A DNA stretch of 64,000 nucleotides, taken from NCBI GenBank assembly GCA_030264375.1, contig JASCQW010000119.1, forward strand, positions 47,445,287 through 47,509,286, written 5' to 3'. Position numbers and translations under genes: made by a program. The DNA is from Carcharhinus longimanus. Taxonomy: Eukaryota. The notes under the pieces are model-generated. The model was not told the origin of the DNA, searched no databases, and saw only the letters and a list, made by a program, of their open reading frames with translations. Of this stretch, positions 13,577 to 25,622 are shown piece by piece (within the stretch, counting starts at the first letter, position 1; each line of letters starts with the position of its first letter).

Positions 13577-13750
13577 TCCAAAGATGTGTGGGTTAGGTTG
13601 ACTGGCCATGCTAAATTGACCCTGGGGTCAGGGGGATTAGCAGGGTAGATAGGTGGGAGTTATGGGAATAGGGTCTGGGTGGGATTGTAGTCAGTGCAGA
13701 CTTGATGGGCCAAACGGCCTTCTTCTGCACTGTAGGGGTTTGATGATTTT
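13577..13750 (+). mobile_element. HE1-like SINE, 5'-truncated
   Basis: gtccaaagatgtgtgggttagg...ggccatgctaaattg...gatgggccaaacggccttcttctgcactgtagg. Confidence 0.8.
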
Positions 13751-14386
13751 ATTATGTTTGTTGTTAAATAGTTATAAGTTCTGATATTTTGGTTAATGCC
13801 TATTTGATTAAGCTCACCATTATGATAGTGACTTTTCATTCTTTAGGCGGAAGGTGGAACATTTATAAAATTTACAAGATTATGTTTTGGGACTTTTTTT
13901 TCAAATTTAGGGTGAAATGAAGGGGGTCACGTGAGCTGTTCTGGATGCAGGAGAGGGGAAGCAGCCCGGGACCAAAGGGTTCTAGGTGTACTGTAGAGGA
14001 ATGGGGGTGGAGACTAGCAGTTGGGTGGAAAACATCAAATTTGTGGTATTTAAAATGAGGCTGGAGGAGTTGCCTAGCTTGGCCTAGAGGGAGAATTGCC
14101 AGGAAAAGAAAAGCTGTGGAAGACATTTCTAAGATTGCAAGTTACCAAGTTGAGAAAAGTAAAGAACAAGAATGAACCCTCGGGAGCTAAGTAATAATTG
14201 TGACTGATTGTGGGAAAACTGACTGTCTATATAAAAGACAATGTATTCATGGAGTGTTTTTTTTTCATTTGAGCTGAGATATTCCTTTGTGTAGTTTAAA
14301 GTGTAGGTTGTCTAGAAAAAGAAAATGAACTTTGCCAACAATATTTTTAGTCATTTGTTATAGAAGTTTTAAAATGTGACACAAAA

Positions 14387-14508
14387 CCCCTGATTTTACC
14401 AGCATAGCCACTTCAAAATTGCGGCAGGCGAGGCTCGCAGAACGGCATTCCCCATTGGCCTCGGCGCAATCTTAAGAGCCTTGGGCAACATGCCGGTAAA
14501 ATCAGGGC
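14387..14508. mobile_element. ~120 bp MITE with terminal inverted repeats (PIF/Harbinger-like)
   Basis: ccctgattttacc(a)gcat at 14388 and atgc(c)ggtaaaatcaggg ending at 14507: 13 bp perfect, 18 bp with one mismatch; TAA follows the right end. Confidence 0.65.
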
Positions 14509-17119
14509 TAAGAAGTTTAAATCAGTCTTGTAGCAAAAAACAAACACAAATAAAATTGGGCAATCTGAGATGCTTGGACTATACTCAGTCACAGCCAATA
14601 ATTCGTATTGTGATTTTAATGTTGGGTTTACAGACAGATGCATGGATATTTGACATGGTTGATGAAACAACGCAATCACTAAAAAGTTACTTAATTTTTA
14701 AACTTTCATTTAAATGCAGGTGAAGAGCAAATAAATTAGGAAATTTGTTATTGTTTTGTGCAGCCAACATGGTGAAAATTCATGGATTTACATTCCAAGT
14801 TTTCAAAAATTCCCATGTTACAAAAACCAACAATCCAGGTCACTCTGAACTTTTTAATCACTGCCTTGTCAGTGATAGAATTGTATAATTCTGAAACAAG
14901 CCATCTGCTCCTGCAAACTTGTAGGAACCTGACTAGCCTACAGAGTCTAGTAAAGTCTATTTGGAAGCAGCTTAAAGCTCAGTTTTCAGATAATTTCTTT
15001 AGTTGTAAATGTCGATGACGCAGATTACATGGCCATCTTGAAACCTTCCCTTACAGAATACCCAAGCTTCAACGTATCCCTGCTGATTAAGTATCCTTAT
15101 TGCGAAGCTGTTCCACTGAATGGAACCTTGGCATAATTCACTGATTCTGAGTGAGTAAAGAGGTCCCGTTGTATGTCCAATCGGCTGAAGTAGATGTATA
15201 AACTTCATCTGTGAAAACTGCAGAGTGTGGATGGAAGCGCAACATTCCTCTGTGTGCAACTTTAGTGATAAGACTAACCTAATTAGTTTGTACAAGTGAC
15301 TTGATTCATTAAAATAGCAGACAGGTGAATATCATGTCACCATGTTAAAGAATTAACACTAACATCACAATCTTTTAATTTGTGCCAGGTATCACTAAAG
15401 CCAGTTGACAAATCGAAGAGGGCATTCTCTTTGTGTGCTGAGTTACTTTTAGGGACGCAATTTCTCATTCAGAATAAGTTACATCTGAGAGGCAATCTAC
15501 AACAATGGAGCCCAAACTCCAACCTTAGCAGACAGTTCTGGTCATAGCAAAGCAACGCTTTGAACAAGTGCCATAGTTTGGTAAATTCTTGAGGCCTATT
15601 ATTCATCATTATTGCTTCATCGCAATCTCCATGGTGAGAAAGGGAGGGAGGCAGAATCAGCTTTTAACATCCACATCAGCTTTCTGCAGAACAAGGGTCA
15701 GATAGATATAAAAAGCATTTTTGTGGCAGCAAATCATTTGAAACAACAATATAGCTGATAAAAAAAATATAGTAATAGTGTTTCACACAATATACGGAAA
15801 GAGTGGGGCAATGTCCTCTGTACATTTTGTGTAAGTAAATTAATAAACCCATTTACAAAGAGTTTGTGATTTTGTTAACTAGTGCAAAACAGAAAAATCA
15901 TGGCAACACGGAACTGATTAGAAAACAGTCTAGAGTTCTAATTAATCAGGGATCTAGTCTGCATTTGAGGGCAATTTTATGGCAATTCTGGAGGTGAGGC
16001 ATGTGGGTACAGCTGTGACACAGCTGCATTACTAACAGATTTCTTCAGGGATAAAAGCAGGTCAATTTTGGAGAGGGAGGGGGACTTGAAATGTTTTACT
16101 GGACTGTAATCTAATCAGTCTCAATTTTCAAACAAGGTTCCACAATGAAAGTCCCTTTATTGGTTGGTGTCCAGGTGATTTTGTTAAGCAAAATTCGCAG
16201 CGCATTCCTACAGCTGGATAAAATCTTAAATTAAAATTGAATTTCAAACGATTAATGATTCCCCCGACAAGTTTTCTGGTGTTATAATCTCTTCAGCAAC
16301 TATTTGTCTAATTCTAAAATAGTAAATTGTCTGACTGGGAAAGTGCACATACAGAAAGCTTGACAAATCCCCATTACATTCCGCTATGAGCAAACTTACA
16401 CAGGCTTTAACTCATTTTAAATGAGCAAGGCTTTGCCTCTGTAAAAAAGTACCCACACAGTTAAGTAGTTCAAAGTCATCGAGATTTCACATTTTAACTC
16501 TGCTTGTTTAAACTTTTTTNNNNNNNNNNNNNNNNNNNNNNNNNNNNNNNNNNNNNNNNNNNNNNNNNNNNNNNNNNNNNNNNNNNNNNNNNNNNNNNNN
16601 NNNNNNNNNNNNNNNNNNNTCCCTCAAATTTCCTGATCTTATAAACTGACCCATTTCAATGTTGGTTTATGATACAGAAATGCCTTAACTAGAGGAAAAT
16701 AATGGAATACCAAGTATAATAACCAGGATCTTATCACATTACACTGAAATCTAGCAAAGTATATTAATATTTGCAGCATTTGATATCTCTGAAACGTAAG
16801 CAATTTAATTTTTAAAAAATGCACCTTACATTATTTTCAAAATTCAACTTAATGAAGAAGCGAAATCATTCAAATTAGCAGCTTGTTTAAAAAAAAAACT
16901 AATTCTCGATTGTTCTTTGATCGTCTGGAAATAACGACAATAAGTCAGACGGTGGGGGTTAGCTGGCAAGGAAAATGATTGAGATTTGAGATAGAAACAA
17001 GGGAACAAAATAAATGATGAAAAGGGGCAGTTTTTTTTTATATAAACATTACCAGAGAAAGGTAAAGAAATAATAAAGCTGGCAGAGATGGGAAAGTTGA
17101 AAGAGGATTAATGAATGAT

Positions 17120-17290
17120 TATCTTGTAATTATGGCCTGTAGTTTTGGAGTCCTTCACAGGAAGGAACATTCTCTCTATATCTATCCTATCTAACTCCTT
17201 TAGAATTTTAAAGACTTCAATCAGGTCACCAATCAGTTGCCCCTTTTCTGAAGAGGGATCCCACCTGTTCAGTCTTCCCTCAGAGTAATG
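17120..17290 (-). mobile_element. Old CR1 fragment
   Basis: aacattctctctatatctatcctatctaactcctttagaattttaaagacttcaatcaggtcacc resembles the other minus-strand CR1 3' ORF2 copies. Confidence 0.55.
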
Positions 17291-18879
17291 AGTCAGTCTT
17301 TGGATCGGTTGGAGTTTGGAACAGGATGCTTTCTAGGTTAAGGCCGGGAAATCATCACTCTTACCACTTAATTAATTTTTTGGATCAGAAACCAAAAATG
17401 CAATTGGTATTTTTCCTCCCAATGAGGGTAAGGAAACATTTTCTTTAAAGAATTGGCTACTTTTGGTAACTGCATCTTTTTTTCGTGCTGAATGGCATTA
17501 CAGCAGGGACCTCTGATACAGCTGGGTCAAAGAGGTGTAGGTGGCAGCAGTAGCTGGTGAAGGATAAATGCAGGAGCTATGGGGAGATGATGAAAAAGGT
17601 ACCAAGGGCTACGGTGGAGAGAGACATATAGGGGAAGAGCAGTCTCTGAACTCAGAGGGCCATAAGTGAGGGGCTTTGATGTTTTGAGATCAGTCAGCGG
17701 GAGATTCCACTACAACATTTACTCTGAGATGGCAGCAAGAGTAGGGGCAGGTTGGACAGAGGTGAATGGAGAAATGGAACTGCGAACAGGACATCACACA
17801 TGTTAACAGTGAGGGGGTATAGGAGATGCAAGAGAAACATATTAACAATGAATAAAGAATGTAGTAAGCAAATTGTGATAAATTAAAAATCAGCAGGACC
17901 CCAAGAGGTGCCTTCAGATTCGCAACTCTTGGCAAGTAGGAAACAGAGAGAGAAGCAACACCCCACTACCACATTTGGAGGATCTGTGTACTGAAGGATT
18001 GAAGAGGAACTAAATTGTCACCAATTGTCATAATGGCTCAAGGATTTTAATACATTTTTGATGGCATCTGTTCTGCTTGTGGAAAATTCATTTTGTTCTC
18101 AACTAGCCATATTTACATAATCTGTTTAAATGTTGCCCAATACGTTAAGTCACTCAGCAAATGACTGCTCAGGTGTGACATGTTTTCCTAAGTAAAGGGC
18201 ATGCAGTAATCTCAACGCTTACATTTACACAATGTCTGCATGTATTATGGTCCAATGGCAAGTCAAAAGGCAGTTTGCGGGAGCTTTTTAATGGTTGTGC
18301 GTTTTACTTTCGTGGTTACCTTTAATGGATTATTTGCTAAAATGGCATGCAACACGGATAAAAATGTCAGCTTTCAGCATGATAAAAACACCAGTGACAT
18401 CACACAGAGAGGGGAATTGCTATTATAGCCAACTCAGCCAACAACTTCTCCTGGCCAAGAGAGCAAAAGCTGACCCAGTCAGTAACGAGTGGCTCCAATA
18501 AGGCATAATACTGACTAAGAAAGAGTGAATAGCATCAACTAGGTTCAGGATGGAAAGGAGGGGCAGGTCCTTTTGTGCAAGTCAACATGCAGAGTGATCA
18601 TGCTGAAAAAGGTGAAATGTTGTTTGCAACTACTGACCAAAAACTTAAAAGCCACATTAAGATATGCTGCGTCTGATAAACCCATGCCAGAATTCCAAAC
18701 TTGGGTAAAGGGGAACTGCAAAACTTTGCACTTTACAGCACTAACTGCTTGTTAAGGAAATATGAATGTGGAAATACATTTAGCTGTATTGTGAACATGA
18801 TGGTTTCCACTAAAATCAATGCACGTAACTAAAATAGTGGCACTCCAACCACCCTGTAGCTAATCAGAAATTTCTATTG

Positions 18880-20490
18880 AACAACAATGCCCAAGGTGCT
18901 TCATAGAGATATAATTAGACAAAAAAAGAGATGCTGATCCAATGAAAGAGGTAGTAGGAGTGGGTAAAGGGTTGGTCAGCTAGGTTTTAAAGGAGAAGAG
19001 AGAGAGGGGGGTATACAGTCAGAGAATTCCAAATCATCGAACCAAAACTGCTTGAGGAATGGCTGCCAGGGGCCGTGTATGTCTGTTTTTATCTGTAAAT
19101 ATGGAAGCCATACATGACAGTGATGATAAGTAATACTTGGATTGGGACAAGAAAGAGTTCTGGATGAGCTCGAGTTTAGAGAGTGTAGCCAGGATGGCAT
19201 TGAAATTGCAGAGATTGAAGGTGATACAGGCAATGGCTTAGAGATGAAGGAACATGGCTGAAGCATGGACAGTGGGAGGCAATGCTACAAAGGAGCAGAC
19301 AGACCAAATCTGTGCTTAGTAGGATATGCGAACTGGAGCTCAGCCAAGGTGGCAAACAGACTGATGCAAACTTAGGGAATGGTCAGGAAGAAAAACAAGA
19401 GTCAGATACAAATCTCAAGTCTATTCTGCCATTTCCTTATATCTACATCATGCCTCTAAACAATAAAATGTTCAATTCAGCCTTAAACATTTCAATTGAC
19501 CCAGCATCCACAGCTTTGTGGGACAGTATCACATTTACATTTATGTGAAAAAGTGCTTCTGAACTTGACTCCTGAATGGGCTACCTCTAAATAGTCTCTC
19601 TCTAATTTTAAACTGTGGCCTCTTGTACTGGAACCACATCCTCTTTCCTCCCACACATACGAAAGGAATAGCTTCTCCACATCTGCTTCATCAAATTGTT
19701 TTATTGTTTAATTATATTAATGTAATCACCCTCAATTTTCCAAACCCAGGAGAATCCAAACTAAGTTTGAACTACCCGATTTCATAATTTAACCTTTTTA
19801 TCCCTGATTTCATTTTTGTAAATCTATGGCCCTTATTGGGCTAATTTATACTCGTGGAAGTTTAGTGTCTGGAAATCAATGTAACACTCCAGATGAGGTC
19901 TGGCCAGTGCTTTGTACAAATGAAGCGTGTTGTTCTCCACTGTGAAGTCTAATAATGAGAGATTGCCAAAAGACTAGAAATAAGATACCAGGATATGGAG
20001 TTTTGGACACCAAAGTCAATGCCTTTAGTTTTGTCAATATCTAATTCAAAGGAACATGCAGCTTATCCAAGATGGAATGTTGACTGAACTGTTCCAGCCT
20101 TGAGACAGCCGATGGGTTGAGAAGTGGTGGAGAAACAGAGTTGATGACGTTGGTGTAACTGTGGAAGCTATCACCACAGGGCAGAACGTAGGTTACAAAA
20201 TAGAAGGGGTCCAAAGACAGATCCTTGAGAACTCCAAAGGATAATGTGGAGACAACAAGGAAAGCCACTAATGAAGACTGTCCGATCAGAGCGAAAGCAA
20301 ATAATGACAGTGCCACAGAGTTGGAAATGGAGGACGATGTGATCCACAGTACCAAAGTCTAGAAAGGGGTAAATAGGGATGAGGAGGGAGAATGCACCAC
20401 AGTTATAGAGAGGATGTAATATAATTTGTGACTTTTGTTAGGGCTGTTTCAGCACTGTGGCAGGGGACAGAAGCCTGATGGGAGAGATTA
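18880..20490 (-). mobile_element. L2-like LINE remnant (with a nested CR1)
   Basis: Frameshifted GVPQGS.LGPLLF-like motif on the minus strand near 20200-20240; pyrimidine-rich minus strand typical of L2. Confidence 0.5.
19400..19930 (-). mobile_element. Old CR1 3' fragment
   Basis: Minus-strand EKLF...STRGHSLKL...FRSTF, the CR1 TRGH.LK motif. Confidence 0.65.
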
Positions 20491-20496
20491 ATAGAT

Positions 20497-21850
20497 CAAC
20501 ATAAGAACTAAGAGGAGTAAGCCCCTCGAGCCCGTTCCACTAGTCAATAAGATTGCAACCTCCAGCCTACCCGTAATAACTTTTTCACCCCCTTGTTTAT
20601 CAAGAATCTATCTACCTCTGCCTTAAAAATATTCAAAGGCTGTTTCCACCGCCTTTTGAGGAACAGAGTTCCAAAGACACTCTACCCACAGAGAAGGAAA
20701 TTCTCCTCATCTCTGTCTTAAGTGGGCGACCCTTTACTTTTAAGCAGTGGTCCCTAGTTCTATATTCTTCAACGAAGAGGAAGCATCCTTTCCACCTCCA
20801 CCTTGGCAAGACCATTCAAGATCTTAAATGTTTTAATCAATCAAGTTGCCTCCAGTGGATACAAGCCTCACCTGTCCAACCTTTCCTCATAAGACAACTT
20901 GCCCATTCCTCAGTTTAGTAAACCTTTCCTGAACTGCTTCTAATTAATTTACATCCTTCCTCGAAAAAGGAAACCAAAACTGTACACTGCGCTCCAAATG
21001 TGGTCTCACTGGTGTTCTGTGTTACTGAAGTATAACCTATATGTTTTTGTATNNNNNNNNNNTCAATTTCCTTCAATAAATGATAAAAGTCTATTATGTT
21101 TCCTAATTACTTGCTATATCTGTATACTAGCCTCTTGAAATTCACGCATTAGGACACCCAGGATGTGGAGATACTGGTGTTGGACTGGGGCGATGCCACC
21201 GAGAAGTCTCACACCAGGTTAAAGTCCAACAGGTTTATTTGGTATCATGAGCTTTCAGAGCGCTGCTCTTTCATCAGGTGAGTGGAGAATTGGGTTCACA
21301 AACATGGCATATATAGACTGGGACTCAATTGCAAGATAATGGTTGGAATGAGAGTCTTAACTGTCATGAAGGGGATAATCCTTTTCTCCACTCATACTGT
21401 CTGTACCTGTAAAGACTCACCTGGAAAAGACCCAATTTGCTAACTTTCTGCTCCTGTTAGCTTGCCAATCTTCTATCCATGCCAATATGTTAGCCCTATA
21501 CCATAAGCTTCTATTTTCTGCTATAGTCTTTGACACCGCACCTTATCAAATGCTTTCTGGAAATCTAAGAATAGTACATTCACTGATTCCCCTTTATTCA
21601 CAACATGTGACTCCTTCAAAGAACTCCAATAATTAAATAGAACTTCCATTTTACAAAACCATTTGCCTGAGTCTCTTGAATCTTTTTAAGTATCTTGCCA
21701 ACATGTCTTTAGTAATGGCTTATAGCATTTTCCCCATGACAGCTGTTAACAGGCCGGTACTTGCCTGCTTTCTGTCCCCCTCTCTTTTTGAATAACAGAG
21801 TTATATTTGCTATTTTCCAATCCAATGGAACTTTCCCCGAATCTGGGAAT
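20497..21850 (-). mobile_element. CR1 LINE, internally deleted ORF2 plus 3' tail
   Basis: DSGKVPLDWKIANITLLFKK...KYRPV (RT N-terminus), RTRDHCLKVKGRPLKTEMRR, and the tail at ~20500-20560. Confidence 0.85.
21162..21420 (-). mobile_element. Penelope-like terminal repeat (family A) with hammerhead fold, nested in CR1
   Basis: gatgtggagatactggtgttggactgggg...caccaggttaaagtccaacaggtttatttgg...gctttcagagcgctgctctttcatcaggtg; related copies at 48522 and 51395. Confidence 0.7.
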
Positions 21851-22034
21851 CTGCATGGAGTCAAAGCAAATATAGTCACGGATTTAGGAATAGGTAACCA
21901 TTTCAACGGCTTGAAATAATGACATTTATTGACAAAATGGTTACAGCACGGAAGGAGACCAGTCTGCTATCATTCTGTGCTGAACCTCTGAAGGAGCAAT
22001 TTATCTAGTGTCACTATTCCCCCAGCCTTTTTTA

Positions 22035-22230
22035 AATTCATTCTAGGGATATGGGGATCGCTGGCTAGACCAGCTTTTAGGCAGAGAGTTAACTAGCATC
22101 AAATTCTTAGCTTTGATGCACTCTTTTAGCCACAATATTTTACCCATCCAGCTCAATGCCTGGTCAATGGTAACCCTAGGATATTGATAATAGAGGATTC
22201 AGCTATGGTAATGTCATTGAATGTCGAAAG
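22035..22230 (-). mobile_element. CR1-clade LINE (second family) fragments
   Basis: ggtcaatggtaaccctaggatattgataat matches 58146-58178; the 3'-end motif matches ~57515-57570. Confidence 0.6.
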
Positions 22231-22299
22231 GCTTTTCCCCTTCGCCCTGCAAATGCTTTCCCCATCAGATAATGGCTTAATTCCTTTGATATCATTTAT

Positions 22300-22610
22300 T
22301 TTGAATTTTTTGTTGTACAAATGACCGATTTTTATTGATAGAGAGTAAGCAAACTACATTATTCATTTGCAGGGTCCAGTCCTCAAACAAAAAGATGATG
22401 CACCGAGGTCAAATTTAACAAAAACATGCGGGCCAATGGTTCCTTGATGCACTCTCTAAAGCAACACTAGATTTGATTTGCCAATCAGTATTCTGTCTGC
22501 ATGCATTATAAATTGTTGCTCCCATTTTTTATTGTTTGATATTCTTGCTTCTGTCCTGATGAATTTAAAAAGTTCAACAGCATGACTTTATTTTAATGAA
22601 ACTGAACATT
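22300..22610 (+). mobile_element. Penelope-like element 3' end (third family), decayed
   Basis: IHLQGPVL-QK resembles the end of a PLE GIY-YIG ORF; followed by a terminal region with TATAAA and an eroded cctgatga core at ~22555. Confidence 0.4.
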
Positions 22611-23858
22611 GTAGGAACACAGCAAATACCACCAGACAACCTGTGGTTGTTGGGTTAGGAGGTGCATCTTTGTAATGTGCATCACTGTAAATAAATGCTT
22701 ATAGTTGTGTGTCAGGCTCCAGTTCAATCATACAGCACCTGGATTTCTGGAATGTAACAACTGCTGGTAGAGAGTGGAACTGCCTGACATTCCAAGTCGT
22801 AACTGCACTCCTGCATTAACAGTAAAGCTTCTGAGATCCCCAGAAAGTGAGATCCCATTTTAAATGGTCAGTGATAGGGAGCTTTGGCTGAGGCTCCAAT
22901 AAGACAGCAACTAACACTGATCTCTTAAAAATATCAAAGACAACTGCAAGTTTACAATTTCCAGGCATACCAATGCTACACTGCTGAATCCTGGCTTTTG
23001 TTGTGCCATGTTTTCTCTCCTTGTTATAATAGCAACGCAATTTTAAGTGGCACCAAAGTTGCCTTTTTTCCAACTCACATGTTCCCCTGCCCTTCACCTC
23101 TGCCACCTCAGAAATAAACTCGCTGTGAATTTTGCATCCCAGTATCACCTGGTACAAGAATAAAAGCAACAAATAAATTGTATTAGATTGAATGCTGCCA
23201 TTCTGGTTTGAAATATTTTCAGTGTGTATGCTATGTGGCTAACAGATACAAGACAAGAAGTGGAATTTCAAGACATTGATCTGAATAAAGCCCAATATTT
23301 CTGTGATATGATACACTGTTGACTAATCAGTATGGCTTCTTGTTGGATTCCAAGTCAGTGCATTATGCACAATTTGAAAGGCACACATTTTGAAGTTTTC
23401 TTTTACACAATGGATGCCAGGAAATAAATTTAAGGTTTAATTTGTAACGATAGCCAAACAGCATATTATATCCTTGCTGTATTGTGTGACATCACTTTAT
23501 GCAGGAAATCGCTGGAGCAGGCAATGGTCAGAAGTGGAGTGGTCTTTAGCAGATGGCTTGCAAGAATCCTCATTAAGCCTGAAGGAGGTGTAGATACTTA
23601 AGTTAATCCTTTGAGGACTGCAGTGGCATTTCTGCGACATTCTTTAAAAAAGTGAGTGGTGTGAATTTATTACTAACTAAGTATTGCTAGTGCTTGATAA
23701 TATTGCAATTAAGTTTGATAATTTGTTTACAATATTTCTTTCGAAACCATTTCAAAAACCTAAAGATTCATAATTAGCATCGAAAGTTGCGTCCTCAAAG
23801 GATTAAATACATTTGATAAACAGGTTTCAGGGCACTTTTCCCATTCAGCTTCCCATAC

Positions 23859-24118
23859 CTGAGAAGTTTATACTTGGACACAAAGGCTTTAGTGCACTCC
23901 GGGTGTGAGCACGTGTAGGGCCTCTCTCCTGTGTGAGAGTATGAATGGACTTTAAGTTTGTCAACACTGCTGAAGAATGCTCCGCAGATCAGGCACTCAA
24001 GGGTTCTCCTTGGCTTTGACTCCTTCCCTTTCCATTTGGCTTCTAAAACCTTCTGCGTATCTTCCTTCTGTTTTGTTATTGTGATTTGACTTAGGTCATC
24101 AGTGGCAACAGCTGCCAT
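23859..24118 (-). CDS. plagl2: PLAG-like zinc finger 2, first coding exon (N-terminus, ZF1, most of ZF2)
   Basis: ATG at 24118 in strong context (gcaATGG); MAAVATDDLS...CLICGAFFSSVDKLKVHSYSHTGERPYTCSHPECTKAFVSKYKLLR. 260 nt, ending at Arg87 as in PLAGL2 as I recall it (Arg81 in PLAG1). Total CDS 1506 nt = 501 aa. Confidence 0.9.
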
Positions 24119-24295
24119 TGCAGCCTTACAGGCCAAGTCCCTAGAAAAATGGGGCTTTACCCACCTTCTCGCTACCAAGTGTATTTCCTGTGTTTTCAGT
24201 CTGTGTATTATGATCACTTCCAGTTGATAGATACCTGTTGCATCCAGAGTTTAAGGCTGCTTCAGCAAAATGGGAGGAGTAGAGAAATTTTAGGC
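24119..24295 (-). other. plagl2: 5'UTR portion of the first coding exon (acceptor ambiguous)
   Basis: Best acceptor tttaatttgacttttag|G (exon start 24295); alternatives caacag|G (24234) and atttttctag|G (24140). Confidence 0.5.
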
Positions 24296-25279
24296 CTAAA
24301 AGTCAAATTAAATACAAAGATTAACATTTCTAAACATGACAATCATTACATTTGTGTACCTTTATTTATTAAATGCCTTTGGGCTAGCTATGACCAAAGA
24401 TTCTATGATTCTCTGATAATCCAATATGTTCAGGCTCCCATTCTGTTCTCATGAAGAAATGTATTTTTTACCAAAGGCAATTTTATTCAAAATTATGTAC
24501 ATCTAGATATGAAAATCATACTAGTCCTCTGTCAAAGGTACATGCACACCAGACTTTGTAAAAGCCATCTTCACTTAACATGCATCCCAGTAACTCATTA
24601 AGAATATGCACCAGAGGTTGGATAGGATTGTGAACCAAGTGACTCATGTCCAGAAGTTTTAGAAGTTGGTTCCTTCATGTACGATGAGCAAAATCATGCC
24701 GAAACATCAAAAAGAGGCCAGGTAGATGTCTCTCCATATGGGAAAAATAAAATTTGAGACAAATAACATACAAGAGCAAGTCAACTTAGGCTACCTTTTC
24801 GGCACCTCAGATCATTACACTGGCAAAACGATACTGCAACGAGCTTGATTATACACTGCTGTTTGGTTGGAAATTTAAAAAGTGTGGTAACTACCTTAAC
24901 ATAAACAGCAAAATAACAAAGACATAAAAAACATAAGCTGGAAATTTAAACAACTTAATCTAAAATAATGCACATGTTCTAATCTTTGAGTAGTGAAATC
25001 TCAGATTCTTCAGATAAAATCATTATAGCAGTATTTCTGGAGAACAAAATACTCCACGAAAGCAAAATTGAGGTTGTTGCAAAATAATGAACAAAAGACA
25101 TCAAACACCTTTCTACTGATAGCAGATGGGGATCAAGTCTTTCGGCATATTCCAGGAAAACATTATACTACTTTAATGCAATTCTTTCAAAGGTGTCACC
25201 TTTCTGATGAGCCCCAGGCATTGTTGACCTTGATGGCTTAAGTGCCATGTCACTACTCAAAGAAAAGCAGAAAGTTCTG

Positions 25280-25460
25280 CTGATATTCTGGTTAACATTC
25301 CTCCCTCAACTAACACTATAAATGAGATCATCCACCTCAGTGTTGCTAGTGGAATATATTTAATGGCTACTGTATTTGTCAATGTAACTCTTCAAAGGAA
25401 CTAACTCAATACCAGAGGTTAAAGAAGCTTAAGTCGTTACAGAAACGCAAGTCTTCCCTT
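25280..25460 (+). mobile_element. Deu-domain SINE, 3' half, decayed
   Basis: ctggttaacattcctccctcaac... parallels 31485-31650. Confidence 0.45.
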
Positions 25461-25569
25461 TTGATCATCTGAACAGAAATTTCTGAATTTGCTTGCTTTG
25501 GATGTGGTGCTGAAGTGTTACTGGTGTCCTGGTCAGAGGACAAGGAGGATCATACATAGTGTGTGTGTG

Positions 25570-25622
25570 TGTGTGCGCGTACGACATCAGAGAAGACTTC
25601 TCTGATGTCGTACACACACACA
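25570..25622. repeat. Palindrome with 17 bp perfect arms flanked by (TG)n/(CA)n
   Basis: gtacgacatcagagaag-a-cttctctgatgtcgtac at 25579-25613. Confidence 0.95.

Larger units (their letters stand above)
8237..23858 (-). other. plagl2: Phase-2 GT-AG intron splitting ZF2 (~15.6 kb)
   Basis: Donor AG|GTATGG at 23859/23858; acceptor at 8238-8237; lies at the KYKLxR|HMATHS junction conserved in PLAG genes. Confidence 0.9.

Noticed and set aside
23795-23858. C-terminal YGKLNGK... of the 140-aa ORF, and its 33 residues before Met at 24118
   Set aside because: Read-through past the splice donor; the upstream part begins at a non-ATG codon in the 5'UTR.
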